From NCBI GenBank assembly GCA_044229975.1, contig JBGARZ010000004.1, positions 480,001-544,000 of the forward strand: a DNA stretch of 64,000 nt. The letters run 5' to 3'. Position 1 is the first letter of the stretch, and each line of letters opens with the position of its first letter. A program made the position numbers and the translations under genes. The notes beneath the pieces are model-generated. The model had not been told where the DNA came from, did not search any database, and saw only the letters and a list, made by a program, of their open reading frames with translations. Shown here piece after piece: positions 1 through 9,096 of the stretch. Origin of the DNA: Polyangiales bacterium. GTDB taxonomy: Bacteria > Myxococcota_A > Polyangia > Polyangiales > Ga0077539.

Positions 1-402
1 TTCGATGGAGTGGGTGTATCCCATTCGATGCAGCGCCACGAAGCCCTCGCGCAGCTCCGGGATGATCCATGTCCCCTGCTGGCCGGGTCGTGGCACCGCG
101 GAGCAGCCGTCGATCACGGCCTCGAAGGCCGTGTCGCAGCGCACCTCGTAGATGCCCCGTCGCATCTGCTTCTTGAGGCTCTTGGGCAGATGCTCCCCGT
201 CGCGCGGAACCACCCACCGCGGGTCGGGCGAGAACCAGAACAACGGCAGCGTGTCCGACAGCGGCCACGGGAAGATGCCGCTGCGGTACGCGAGGAGCAG
301 CCGCGCGGGGGAGCAGTCGCCGCCGACCGCCACGATGCCGTCGACGTCCGCGCTGTGGGGGGAGGGGAACCGAAGGGTTGGGCTCAGCCAGCGAATGGCC
401 AT
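1..402 (-). CDS. aat: Leucyl/phenylalanyl-tRNA--protein transferase (5' part; runs off window start)
   Basis: Not in ORF track. Manual translation from ATG at 402: MAIRWLSPTLRFPSPHSADVDGIVAVGGDCSPARLLLAYRSGIFPWP...LFWFSPDPR...DTAFEAVIDGCS...GTWI...LHRMGYTHSIE, the typical Aat motifs (AYxxGIFPW, WxSPDPR, TWI, HSxE). Confidence 0.95.
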   Translation of the reverse strand, partial: MAIRWLSPTLRFPSPHSADVDGIVAVGGDCSPARLLLAYRSGIFPWPLSDTLPLFWFSPDPRWVVPRDGEHLPKSLKKQMRRGIYEVRCDTAFEAVIDGCSAVPRPGQQGTWIIPELREGFVALHRMGYTHSIE

Positions 403-409
403 CTGCCCA

Positions 410-1069
410 TCAATAGCTCGGCAGGGGCTGTCCGCGCACCCGCGCCAGGAGCGACGCGTACATATCGCGGACGTACGCCTCGGAGTCCGACGCGTTGGTG
501 CTGATGGACTTGAGGTGCCGGACGATCTCGATCTCGGTCACGTCGGCCGTCACCTGCCGCGCGACGGCCGACCCGCTCATCAGGTCGATGAACGAGCTGC
601 CGAAGGTCTTCTGGTAGCGCAGGCCCACCGCGGTGGGGACGGCCTCGGAGCCCGCGAGGGGGCCCAGCCGGTAGGACACGTCGAACTCCAGCGTGACCAC
701 GTCGTTGACGACGTTGTGCACCCGGAAGCTGAAGGGGTACTCGGGCTCCGAGTCGTTGGTGGTCGTGAACTCGTCGACGCGCCGACGGTCGGTGTTGACC
801 TCGGGGTCGCGCATCGCCTCGTAGACCCGCGCGAGGGGCGCGTGGACGTACGCGCGGCCGTGCGCCCAGTCGTACGCCGTGAGGTGACCCGAGCGCGTGA
901 CGAGCACCTCGGGGTACGGGTCGGTCGCCGTCGCGGTGGGCGCCGGGGCGGTCACTTCTTCCAACGGTTGCAGCCCGGGCGCGAAGGCCGTCGCCTCGTC
1001 GCTGCCACAACCCGTCGTCGCCAGAGCGAAGAACACCAGACCCGACAAGACGAAGTTTCGTCGACGCAT
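410..1069 (-). CDS. Lipoprotein, possibly START/SRPBCC-like fold
   Basis: Start moved to ATG 1069 (MRRRNFVLSGLVFFALATTGC, lipobox). Segment 'AYVHAPLARVYEAMRDPE' resembles SRPBCC N-termini; ends 7 bp upstream of aat. Confidence 0.7.
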   Translation of the reverse strand: MRRRNFVLSGLVFFALATTGCGSDEATAFAPGLQPLEEVTAPAPTATATDPYPEVLVTRSGHLTAYDWAHGRAYVHAPLARVYEAMRDPEVNTDRRRVDEFTTTNDSEPEYPFSFRVHNVVNDVVTLEFDVSYRLGPLAGSEAVPTAVGLRYQKTFGSSFIDLMSGSAVARQVTADVTEIEIVRHLKSISTNASDSEAYVRDMYASLLARVRGQPLPSY

Positions 1070-1136
1070 CACGCAACCGTATAACCCGATTGCGGCGGCG
1101 ACGCGACGAAGCGGCAACGGTGAAATCGCCTTGAAA

Positions 1137-1436
1137 TCAGGGTAGCTGCGGTTGCAGGGTGCCACCGTCGCGACGCACCGCGGGGGCGTTGCGAACCTCC
1201 GTGGGTGGGGTGTCGCTGCCGCCAAGGGACGCGCAGTTGGTGCCGCGGTCGACCTCCACGGCCGACCCGCCAGGGCCGTAGCAGACGTGGTTGGCCGGGC
1301 CGCTATCGGGCGCGACGACGGGTGTTGCGACACGCGCGTCGGGGGGCGAGGGAGCGCGCGACGGGCACGCCGTCAGGAGCAGAAGGACGGTGATGAAATA
1401 GGCGCGGCGCACGCCCGTGACGGTGTCACAGGTCAC
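1137..1436 (-). CDS. Small putative lipoprotein
   Basis: RRAYFITVLLLLTAC lipobox-like signal followed by Pro-rich linker and two Cys; start uncertain. Confidence 0.5.
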   Translation of the reverse strand: MTCDTVTGVRRAYFITVLLLLTACPSRAPSPPDARVATPVVAPDSGPANHVCYGPGGSAVEVDRGTNCASLGGSDTPPTEVRNAPAVRRDGGTLQPQLP

Positions 1437-1469
1437 GCGCCGTGGGGGTCGCGATCAGTGGGCGACGGG

Positions 1470-1922
1470 TCAGGAGGCCGCGCTGGTTCCCTTCACCTCG
1501 ATGGTTCGCGCCTTCAGCTCGGCCCGCTTCGGGAAGGTGATGGACAGCACGCCGTTGTCGTAGCTGGCCGAGGCGCTGTCGCTGGCGACGCGGCCCGGCA
1601 GGCGGAAGGTGCGGGTGACCTCGCCGTAGCCGCGCTCGGCCAGGTGATAGACGGTGCGGCCGTCGTCGGCGGGCGCGGCGCGAGTGGCCTTGATGGTCAG
1701 CACGTTGTTCTCGACGCCGACCTGCACGTCGGAGGGAGTCACGCCGGGGAGGTCGACGCGGAGCGTGATGTTCTCGTCGGTTTCGAAGACCTCCGCGGGC
1801 GCCTCGGGGCGGGCACGGTGCGCGAAGGCGCGCTCGTGCTGCGCGTTGAAGAGGCGGTCGACCTCGCGGTCGAGGGTGCGGAGCGAGGAGTCGAGACCAA
1901 ACGGACGCCAGAGGGTCATCAT
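1470..1922 (-). CDS. Hsp20/alpha-crystallin small heat-shock protein
   Basis: VFETDENITLRVDLPGV...VENNVLTI...ERGYGEVTRTFRLP...ASYDNGVLSITFPK. Confidence 0.95.
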   Translation of the reverse strand: MMTLWRPFGLDSSLRTLDREVDRLFNAQHERAFAHRARPEAPAEVFETDENITLRVDLPGVTPSDVQVGVENNVLTIKATRAAPADDGRTVYHLAERGYGEVTRTFRLPGRVASDSASASYDNGVLSITFPKRAELKARTIEVKGTSAAS

Positions 1923-2032
1923 GGTGGTTGCTGCCTTTCCGGCCGGAGCGGGTTTTCGCGTTGTGCTCCGGCGACAAACCCCAGCAGAAACACACCGCCG
2001 AGAGCGTCAAACGGGAGGGGAGATTTTTCTGC

Positions 2033-2222
2033 GGGCGCCGCGCTGACGCTGCGGCGTAGGCCCAGGCGGGGCGCCGCGCTGACGCTGCGGCGTAGGCCCA
2101 GGCGGGGCGCCGCGCTGACGCTGCGGCGTAGGCCCAGGCGGGGCGACACGCTGATGCCGCGGCGTAGGCCCAGAAGGGGCGCTGCGCTGACGCTGCGGCG
2201 TAGGCCCAGGCGGGGCGACACG
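2033..2222. repeat. Five tandem ~36-bp REP-like repeats (ggggcgccgcgctgacgctgcggcgtaggcccaggc)
   Basis: Read directly; intergenic between divergent hsp20 and FHA genes; core shared with repeats at 11355-12190 and 51505-51543. Confidence 0.9.
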
Positions 2223-2268
2223 TCGGCATGGGCCCTGAAGGGGGCTGTGATAGTGTCGCGGCCCTCCG

Positions 2269-3645
2269 ATGCTCGCCCTGCTCGTCCGCGTCGACAATCT
2301 CCAGGACAACACCACCGAGTCGTTCGTGTTCGGCAAGACGCCGGTGCGCGTCGGACGCAATGCCCTCAACGACCTGCCGCTGAAGTTTCCCTTCGTCTCG
2401 CAGTGGCACGCCGTCGTGGCCTTCGATCAAAACGCCGCGGCCTACTACGACCTCGGCTCCACCAACGGCACCACCGTCGGCGGACAGCGCCTCGCGGCCA
2501 ACCAGGCCGTCGGCATCCCGGGGCCCGAGTACGAGTTCCGCATCGGCGCGCTGCGGCTCACCTTCCAGCGCGCCAACGTTCCCGAGAGCGCCATCACCGG
2601 CGGACCCAACGGCAACGCCGAGCAGACCTCCGTCGCCGCGGGCCTCATGCGCAACACGCAGCAGCGCGCGCCCGGCCACCCCTCGCTGGAGGGCGACGTC
2701 GCCTCCACCATGATGTTCGACGCCGCCTCCATCATGGCGGCGCACGGCGGCGCACCGCAGGCCGGGCCCACCGCGCGGCCCGCGATGATGGGCGCGGGGC
2801 GCAACCAGATCCTCGGCCTCCGCAACCACGTCCACGCCCACCGCCACGCCTGGAACGAACTCCAGCAAGCCCTCATGGGCGTGCTCTCGCAGCTCCCGCC
2901 CGCGCAGGTCCCGGCGGCCATCGCGCTCTTCGCGGAGACCTACCCCGAGGCCGCCCACGAGCCGCAGTTCAAGGCCTTCGCCCAACAGCAGAACGTCCCG
3001 CTCCCCAACGACGCTTCGGGCGGCGCCGCCGCGCAGCTCGTGCAGCAGCTCGCGCAGTACCTCGTGCCCAACCGCCCCGTGCCGCAGTCACCGCAGGAGA
3101 TGGAGGGCTTCCTCGTGCGCGCGCTCGCGGCGCTCGAAGTCTTCGGCACCGCGTACGTGAGCCTGCGTCGTAGCCAGGACGAGTTCGGCGTGGAGATGGT
3201 GGGCTCGTCGCGCCGCAGCGCCGACCCGTCGCCCGTCGAAGACCCGCAAGACCCGAAGACCCTCCTCGCCTACCTCCTCGACTGGACCGGCGACGGTGAC
3301 GCCCGGATGCAGCAGCTCCGCGGGCAGTACGCCGAGATCATGACCCACCAGGTCGCCCTCCTCGGCGCCGTGATGGAGGGCGTCCGCAAGCTGCTCCAGG
3401 TGCGGCTCGCGCCCGCGGGCATCGAGCGCCACGTCGATGGACAAGGGGGAGCGTTCAACTTCGGGCCCTTCAAGGCGGCCGCGGCGTGGAAGCGCTACCT
3501 CGCCCTGCACGACGAGCTCACCGAGGACAAGGAGATCACCTCGGCGATCTTCGGCCGGGACTTCGCCCGGGCGTACTCCGCGGCCCTCGGTGAAAACTTC
3601 GCTGACAATGATCCGAGGCGTGTACCATCCGGCCGCGGCCACTAA
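2269..3645 (+). CDS. tagH: T6SS-associated FHA-domain protein, TagH/Fha-like
   Basis: N-terminal FHA (VGR...VSQWHA...DLGSTNGT); C-terminus HQVALLGAVMEGVRKLL...AWKRY...IFGRDFARAY matches the TagH C-terminal pattern. Confidence 0.8.
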   Translation: MLALLVRVDNLQDNTTESFVFGKTPVRVGRNALNDLPLKFPFVSQWHAVVAFDQNAAAYYDLGSTNGTTVGGQRLAANQAVGIPGPEYEFRIGALRLTFQRANVPESAITGGPNGNAEQTSVAAGLMRNTQQRAPGHPSLEGDVASTMMFDAASIMAAHGGAPQAGPTARPAMMGAGRNQILGLRNHVHAHRHAWNELQQALMGVLSQLPPAQVPAAIALFAETYPEAAHEPQFKAFAQQQNVPLPNDASGGAAAQLVQQLAQYLVPNRPVPQSPQEMEGFLVRALAALEVFGTAYVSLRRSQDEFGVEMVGSSRRSADPSPVEDPQDPKTLLAYLLDWTGDGDARMQQLRGQYAEIMTHQVALLGAVMEGVRKLLQVRLAPAGIERHVDGQGGAFNFGPFKAAAAWKRYLALHDELTEDKEITSAIFGRDFARAYSAALGENFADNDPRRVPSGRGH

Positions 3646-3693
3646 GCGGGCCTATCGATGCCTTCCAGATTTCGGTAACGCCTTCGAGGGGTA

Positions 3694-4770
3694 GTGGTTC
3701 CCATGAGAGTCCTGTCCACCCACGCGGTCGTTCGTTGGTTCGGGCTGTGCGCCGCGCTCGGCCTCGGGGGCGCCGTCGTGGCGTCCGCTTGCACCAGCAA
3801 CCGCCCGCCGCCTGCCGCCCCGCTCCCTGAGCCCGTGGTGTGCTCCGTCCGCGCGCCGCGCGCCGTCGAGGGCGCGGTGCCCACGTTGCGCGGCGACGAC
3901 TGGGCCCGGCTGATGATCCGCGGGTACACGCCCGGCATGGCGCAGGGCAACGTGCGCGACTGCACCGACCAGCCCATCGCGTGGCGCGAGCCCACCATCC
4001 GTTGCCGCGAGCCCGCCGAGCCCAGCAACCCGACCCCGCAGCGCCCGCTCACCGAAGACGACGTCATCGTGCAGCGCCTCGGGCCCACGCTGCGCCTCGT
4101 CTGGATCATCGTCGACCGCTTCGACAACGGCGAGGCCGTCGGCCCCGTGGCCCTCGCCGACTTCCAGCGCGAGCGCGTCGGCGTGCGCGCCATCGGCACG
4201 CTGCGAACCTTTCCCCGCCGGGCGCGTCTGCGCCTCGAAGCCATCGGCGCGCGGCGCGTGCTCATCGGCGAAGGGGAGGTCTGCTCGGACGAAAACAACC
4301 CGCTCACCTGCCGTCGCCAGGCGCGGCTGATGATGCTCCAGGGCGATCGCTTCGTGAACGAGCCGCTGCGCACGCCGAGCGGGCGTTGCCTCGGCCCGGC
4401 GCGCTTCGAGTTCAAGAAGGAGCTCTCCACGGTGCTCAACGAGACCGGCTGGGAGCGCACCTTCGAGTTGCAGACCGCGCTCCAGTACCGCGCCGAGGGC
4501 GTGCAGGTGAGCGAGCAGGTCATAGTCTCCGACCACGACCGCGCACGACCGCTCGTGCCCCCGCGCATCTTCCGCCGGGCGGCGGCTGACCGGGCGATCT
4601 ACGTCATCAACAACGCCTTCGTGTCGAGCGACCCTTCGCTCTGGAACCGCGTGCTCCGCGTCGACGCCCGCACCGGCTTCGTGCGGGATGCGGGCGTGGG
4701 TGACGCGAGCGCCGACGCCCCCGACGGCGACGACGAGACCGACATGGACCTCATCGGCAACGGCATCTGA
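3694..4770 (+). CDS. Hypothetical lipoprotein
   Basis: Hydrophobic signal ending VASAC; several Cys; co-oriented between two T6SS-like genes. Confidence 0.7.
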   Translation: MVPMRVLSTHAVVRWFGLCAALGLGGAVVASACTSNRPPPAAPLPEPVVCSVRAPRAVEGAVPTLRGDDWARLMIRGYTPGMAQGNVRDCTDQPIAWREPTIRCREPAEPSNPTPQRPLTEDDVIVQRLGPTLRLVWIIVDRFDNGEAVGPVALADFQRERVGVRAIGTLRTFPRRARLRLEAIGARRVLIGEGEVCSDENNPLTCRRQARLMMLQGDRFVNEPLRTPSGRCLGPARFEFKKELSTVLNETGWERTFELQTALQYRAEGVQVSEQVIVSDHDRARPLVPPRIFRRAAADRAIYVINNAFVSSDPSLWNRVLRVDARTGFVRDAGVGDASADAPDGDDETDMDLIGNGI

Positions 4771-4820
4771 CCGCGGCCGTTTTCTCTCCCCTCCCAAAAG
4801 ATCCAACCACTGCTGGAGCG

Positions 4821-6470
4821 ATGGTGATGAGCACAGACGACAAGACGGGCGTGCGGGTGCGTTGGCTTGTGACCGGGGCGTTCACCGCGAACCCCGCGGG
4901 CAAGCGCTTCACGGTGACCCCGAGCAACTTCGCGTCGCTCCTCGAAGCGACGGGGCTCAAGGTCGACGCGTCGGTTCCTGACCGCCTCGGCGCGGGCGCC
5001 ACGCACGCTTATTCAGTGGGCTTCGGGTCGCTCAAGGCCTTTCAGGCGAGCGAGCTCATCGCGTCGGTTCCGGCGCTGGCGGGGCTCACGGCGCTGGGCG
5101 CGTCGCTCGCGCAAAACGACGCCACCAAGCGGCCCGACCCGGTGAGCGCGGTGGCGAAGGTCATCGAGCTGGTGGGCGACGGCAAGCTGGCCGCGGCGCT
5201 CAAGGCGAAGCTCAACCTGACTCCGCCGCCCGCTGCTGCGCCTGCCGCTCCTGCCGCTGCTCCCGCTGCGACGTCGCTCGACGCGCTGCTCTCGGGTGAC
5301 TCGACGCCGCTCTCGCCGCCCTCCGCGGGCGCGGCCGTGAGCAGCTTCCTCAAGGCAATGCGCGGGCCCTCGACGACGGCGACGCAGCCGGCGGCGGGGC
5401 GCGGCGCGCGTGACCTCATCGAGGCCGAGGTGTTCGGTACGGCGGTTGATCTGTTGAAGTCGGCGGAGGTGTCGCGGCTGGAGTCGGCGTGGCGCAGCCT
5501 GAAGCTGCTGGTCGATCAGTGCCCCGACAACGCGGGCATCCAGGTCGAGGTGGTGGACACCGACGCGGACGGGACGCTCGGCGCGATTCGCGCGGCGCTG
5601 CCGGAGGTTCCGGAGGACGAGGCGCCCGACGCGATCTTCGTGTTCGACGCGGTGGACGACCCGGAGCGGCTGCTGGCGCTCGCCAACGTGGGCGCGGACA
5701 ACGACATCCCCGTGGTGGCGGCCGTGACGTCGGCGGTGTTCGGCCAGAAGGACGTGCACGCGGTGTCGTCGCGCATCGAAGACGAGGACGGATCGTTGCC
5801 GTCGGCGTGGAGCGCGCTGCGCGATGACGATGCGGCGCGCTGGCTTTCGGTGACGAGCAACCGCCCGGTGGTTCGCACCGAGGGGACGGGCGCGCTGCGG
5901 CGCGTGGTGTTCGGGTCGCCGGTGGCGGCGCTCGGCGCGATGTTGTCGGCCAGCTATCACAAGAGCGGGGCCTTCGCGAAGATCCTCGGGCCGCAGGGCG
6001 CGCTCAAGGCTGCTGGCTCGTACGAGCTGCCGAGCGGGCGCGACGCGGGCACGCTGGTGCCGACGGAGGCGTTCTATTCGATCAGGGCGCAGAGCCGGCT
6101 CGGTGAGCTCGGGATCATCGGGCTCGGGAGCGGTCGCAACAGCGACTCGATCATCCTGTCGACGATGCCGACGGTGCGGAAGGGCGAGGACGTGGTTCCG
6201 CTCTCGGCGCAGGTGCTCACCGGGCGCGTGGTGCGGTTTGCGCGCTGGGTGCTGGCGCAGCTCCCGCCGGGCGCCGAGGAGCAGGAAGTGAAGCTGATGT
6301 TCGAGCAGGCGGCGTCGGTGTTCCTCTTCCCGACGGCGCAGGAGGCGTCACGGGTCGAGGCGCAGGTCGTGTCGCAGAACGGTCAGCGCAGCGTGGTGCT
6401 CTCGGTGAGCGCGCGTGCCGACCTGGCGGGGATCCCGTTCCACCTGGGGTTCGGTCTGCCGCTGAAGTGA
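4821..6470 (+). CDS. Divergent T6SS contractile sheath-like protein (TssB-like N-terminus fused to TssC-like domain)
   Basis: N-term VRWLVTGAF...NFASLL...VPDRLG...F.SLKAF...VPAL resembles TssB/VipA; after an Ala/Pro linker, LIEAEVF...LLKSAEVSRLESAWRSLKLLVD...IQVEVVD resembles the TssC/VipB N-terminus. Confidence 0.7.
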   Translation: MVMSTDDKTGVRVRWLVTGAFTANPAGKRFTVTPSNFASLLEATGLKVDASVPDRLGAGATHAYSVGFGSLKAFQASELIASVPALAGLTALGASLAQNDATKRPDPVSAVAKVIELVGDGKLAAALKAKLNLTPPPAAAPAAPAAAPAATSLDALLSGDSTPLSPPSAGAAVSSFLKAMRGPSTTATQPAAGRGARDLIEAEVFGTAVDLLKSAEVSRLESAWRSLKLLVDQCPDNAGIQVEVVDTDADGTLGAIRAALPEVPEDEAPDAIFVFDAVDDPERLLALANVGADNDIPVVAAVTSAVFGQKDVHAVSSRIEDEDGSLPSAWSALRDDDAARWLSVTSNRPVVRTEGTGALRRVVFGSPVAALGAMLSASYHKSGAFAKILGPQGALKAAGSYELPSGRDAGTLVPTEAFYSIRAQSRLGELGIIGLGSGRNSDSIILSTMPTVRKGEDVVPLSAQVLTGRVVRFARWVLAQLPPGAEEQEVKLMFEQAASVFLFPTAQEASRVEAQVVSQNGQRSVVLSVSARADLAGIPFHLGFGLPLK

Positions 6471-6523
6471 CGGCGCGTTAGCGGAGTGGGGGCACTCGAC
6501 CAGTCCCCCACTGCTTCGCTCCT

Positions 6524-8491
6524 CTATCCGCGTCGACGACGACGTCGCGCCACCATCGCACCCAGCACCACGAACGCCCCGCCGCCCGCGAGCCACGGCA
6601 CGCCGCCCGTCGATCCGACGTGGCAACCGCAACCACTGTCATCAGCCACCGGGACCAGCAGGTTGGGGTCGGCGCCCCCGTCCATCGGGCCGACGCCCGC
6701 GTCGCGCCGCACGGTGGCGTCCATCCCCACCCCAGCGTCGCGCACCACCACCACGGGCACGTCGCGGACGCCCGCGTCGGGCGGAGGGATGCGCTGGCAC
6801 AGGCCGTCGACGCAGTTGCTCCCCACCGGGCAGGCGATGCCGAAGCAGCGGTCGGCCACGCAGCGGGCCGTGTCCTCGTCGCAGAGCGTTCCGAGCGGGC
6901 ACGTCACGCCCATGCACGACGGAACACACTGCGGCGTCGGCCCGGTGCAGTCGCGCACCGTCCCCGGAACACACCGCGTGGCGGCGCACCCCGGCGACTC
7001 GCAGCGGCCGGACATCTCGTTGCACGCCGTGCCGGTTCCGCACGCGACGCAGGGGCAGTTGGGCTCGCATCGGCCCGCGGTGCAGTGCTGGCGCGCCGGG
7101 CACGGGACGCCCGCGCAGGGGTCGACGCAGGCGCCGTTGCGGCACACCTGACCGGTCGGACAGGTGGCTCCGGCGCACGGGTCCTGGCAGCCGCGCGGGC
7201 CGCACACCTGCTCGGCGGGGCAGGTCACGTTGGCGCACGGCGTCGGGACGCAGTACTCGCCCGCGCCGCCGTCCTGGCGCACGCAGGTGAAGCCGGTGTC
7301 GCACGCGCCCTCCACGCAGCGCGGGACGCAGAGCCCGTTGACGCACGCGGTGGTGAGCGGGCAGCGCGGGGTCGTCCCGTCGCAGTTGAGGTCGCGCGTG
7401 GCCGAGCAGCCTTCGACGATGCCGGGGTTGATCTCGAGGTTGTTGTCGTCGCAGTCGGGGCCGCCGCACGAGGCCGCGCGGAAGCCGTCGCGGTCGGCGT
7501 CGGCGCACACCGCGGTGTTGTCCTCGTTGAGCCCCGCGACGGCGTCGAACTCGTCCTCGTTGCTGTGGAAGGTGCAGCGCGAATCGGGGTTGCCGTAGTT
7601 GCCCGGCACGATGGCCACGTAACGGAACTGCACACCGCACGGCAGCGACCACACCGTGGTGATGGAGTCGGAGATGGCCTCTTCACCGGGCTCGTCGCGG
7701 TGGGCGGTGAGCGGGTGCGCCGCCATGTCGGCGACGGTGCCGGTGGACTCGGGGTTGTTGGTCCAGCCGCGGAGGAAGGCGCGGACGAGGACGGCGCGGT
7801 TCCAGCGGCGGGGGTCGGGGGTCTCGCCGTCGTTGACGAAGCCCGTCGAGGCCGGGTCGTCGGTGAGATAGACCGAGTACTCGAAGGCTTCGAGGCAGCT
7901 GTTCTCGACGTGGTCGGTGATGGGGAAGACCACCACCCGGTTGGCGGGCCCCTGGAGGTCGAAGACGAAGCCGCTGCGCCACGGCGCGGTGTACCCGCAG
8001 AGGGACTGGTCGCCGCCGCAGTCGTCGACGTCCGTGGCGGTGGCGCCGTCGCTGCGGACGCGGACGTTCTGCATCCAGCGCCAGTCGAGGTTGTTGCCGT
8101 AGAGCGGCGCCTCCGACGGCGGAACATCCGGCACGCACTGGTAGTCGGTGTAGCTGCGCGGATCGGTGTCGCGGAAGCGCACCGGGTCGACCACCGATGA
8201 GCTCACGCCGCCGGTGCAGGCGGAGACGTTGATGGCGCTGCGCTCGACGATGAGGCGGCCGAAGGTGAGCTGCGGGGCGAAGCGCGGGGGCGTGTCGCTG
8301 GTCTGGAAGATGTCGTCGACGATGCGCGTCGGGTCGCGGGGGCGCGACCCGTCGGCGGGGCGGCCGCCGATGGCGTCGAGGCAGGCGTCGAAGTAGGGGA
8401 CGCCGGTGCAGACCTGCGCCGCGGCGGGCGAGGCAGCGAGTGCTCCCGAGAGGAGCAGGGCGGCCAACGTCGGGCGCGGGGCGGTTCGCAT
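6524..8491 (-). CDS. Secreted Cys-rich surface protein with MYXO-CTERM anchor
   Basis: Signal peptide from ATG 8491; DADRDG..DCDD....NPG..E.C...D.NCDG metal-binding motif; many CxGVxCP repeats; C-terminal SGCGC + TM + RRRRR. Confidence 0.85.
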   Translation of the reverse strand: MRTAPRPTLAALLLSGALAASPAAAQVCTGVPYFDACLDAIGGRPADGSRPRDPTRIVDDIFQTSDTPPRFAPQLTFGRLIVERSAINVSACTGGVSSSVVDPVRFRDTDPRSYTDYQCVPDVPPSEAPLYGNNLDWRWMQNVRVRSDGATATDVDDCGGDQSLCGYTAPWRSGFVFDLQGPANRVVVFPITDHVENSCLEAFEYSVYLTDDPASTGFVNDGETPDPRRWNRAVLVRAFLRGWTNNPESTGTVADMAAHPLTAHRDEPGEEAISDSITTVWSLPCGVQFRYVAIVPGNYGNPDSRCTFHSNEDEFDAVAGLNEDNTAVCADADRDGFRAASCGGPDCDDNNLEINPGIVEGCSATRDLNCDGTTPRCPLTTACVNGLCVPRCVEGACDTGFTCVRQDGGAGEYCVPTPCANVTCPAEQVCGPRGCQDPCAGATCPTGQVCRNGACVDPCAGVPCPARQHCTAGRCEPNCPCVACGTGTACNEMSGRCESPGCAATRCVPGTVRDCTGPTPQCVPSCMGVTCPLGTLCDEDTARCVADRCFGIACPVGSNCVDGLCQRIPPPDAGVRDVPVVVVRDAGVGMDATVRRDAGVGPMDGGADPNLLVPVADDSGCGCHVGSTGGVPWLAGGGAFVVLGAMVARRRRRRG

Positions 8492-8589
8492 GGGGCGATT
8501 GAACCCCGGCGCAGTGGTCGGCGACAAGCGCCGCTCGTCGTCCGCACCCGCTTGACGACCTCATCGTCTCCCTTGTCTTCTCCGCGCCC

Positions 8590-9093
8590 ATGTCGTGTAC
8601 CCGCCGAGCTGTTCCCCTCACTGTCCTGCTGTTTGCCGTCGCCGCCAACGCGCAGGACCTCTCCCAGCCCGTTCGCATGACGACCGAGTTTCGCGGCACA
8701 GGGATGTGCCTCGACGTCAACAACGGCGGACCGCGCAACAACCAGGTCGAGCTGCGCGCCTGCGACAACGTCACCGGCCAGCAGTGGTCGGCCCGCCCCG
8801 TCGGCAACGGCTTCTTCACGCTCACCACCGCCTTCCGCGGCGCGGCGATGTGCCTCGACGTCAACAACGGCGGACCGCTCAACAACCAGGCCGAGCTGCG
8901 ACCCTGCGGCGCCTTCACCGGTCAGCGCTGGCGCATCGTCCGGCTGGCCTCCGGGTACCACGTGCTCACCACCGAGTTTCGCGGCGCCGGCATGTGCCTC
9001 GACGTGAACAACGGCGGCCCGCGCAACAACTTCGTCGGCCTCCAGCGCTGCGGCAACCTCAGCGGCCAGCACTGGTCGCTCAACCCCTCCTGA
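8590..9093 (+). CDS. Secreted ricin-B (beta-trefoil) lectin-domain protein
   Basis: Signal peptide, then three near-identical MCLDVNNGG..NN...L..C....GQxW repeats. Confidence 0.9.
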   Translation: MSCTRRAVPLTVLLFAVAANAQDLSQPVRMTTEFRGTGMCLDVNNGGPRNNQVELRACDNVTGQQWSARPVGNGFFTLTTAFRGAAMCLDVNNGGPLNNQAELRPCGAFTGQRWRIVRLASGYHVLTTEFRGAGMCLDVNNGGPRNNFVGLQRCGNLSGQHWSLNPS

Positions 9094-9096
9094 ACG

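Noticed and set aside
2033..2222. 36-bp repeats as a CRISPR array
   Set aside because: Units are directly adjacent with no unique spacers, and there are no cas genes
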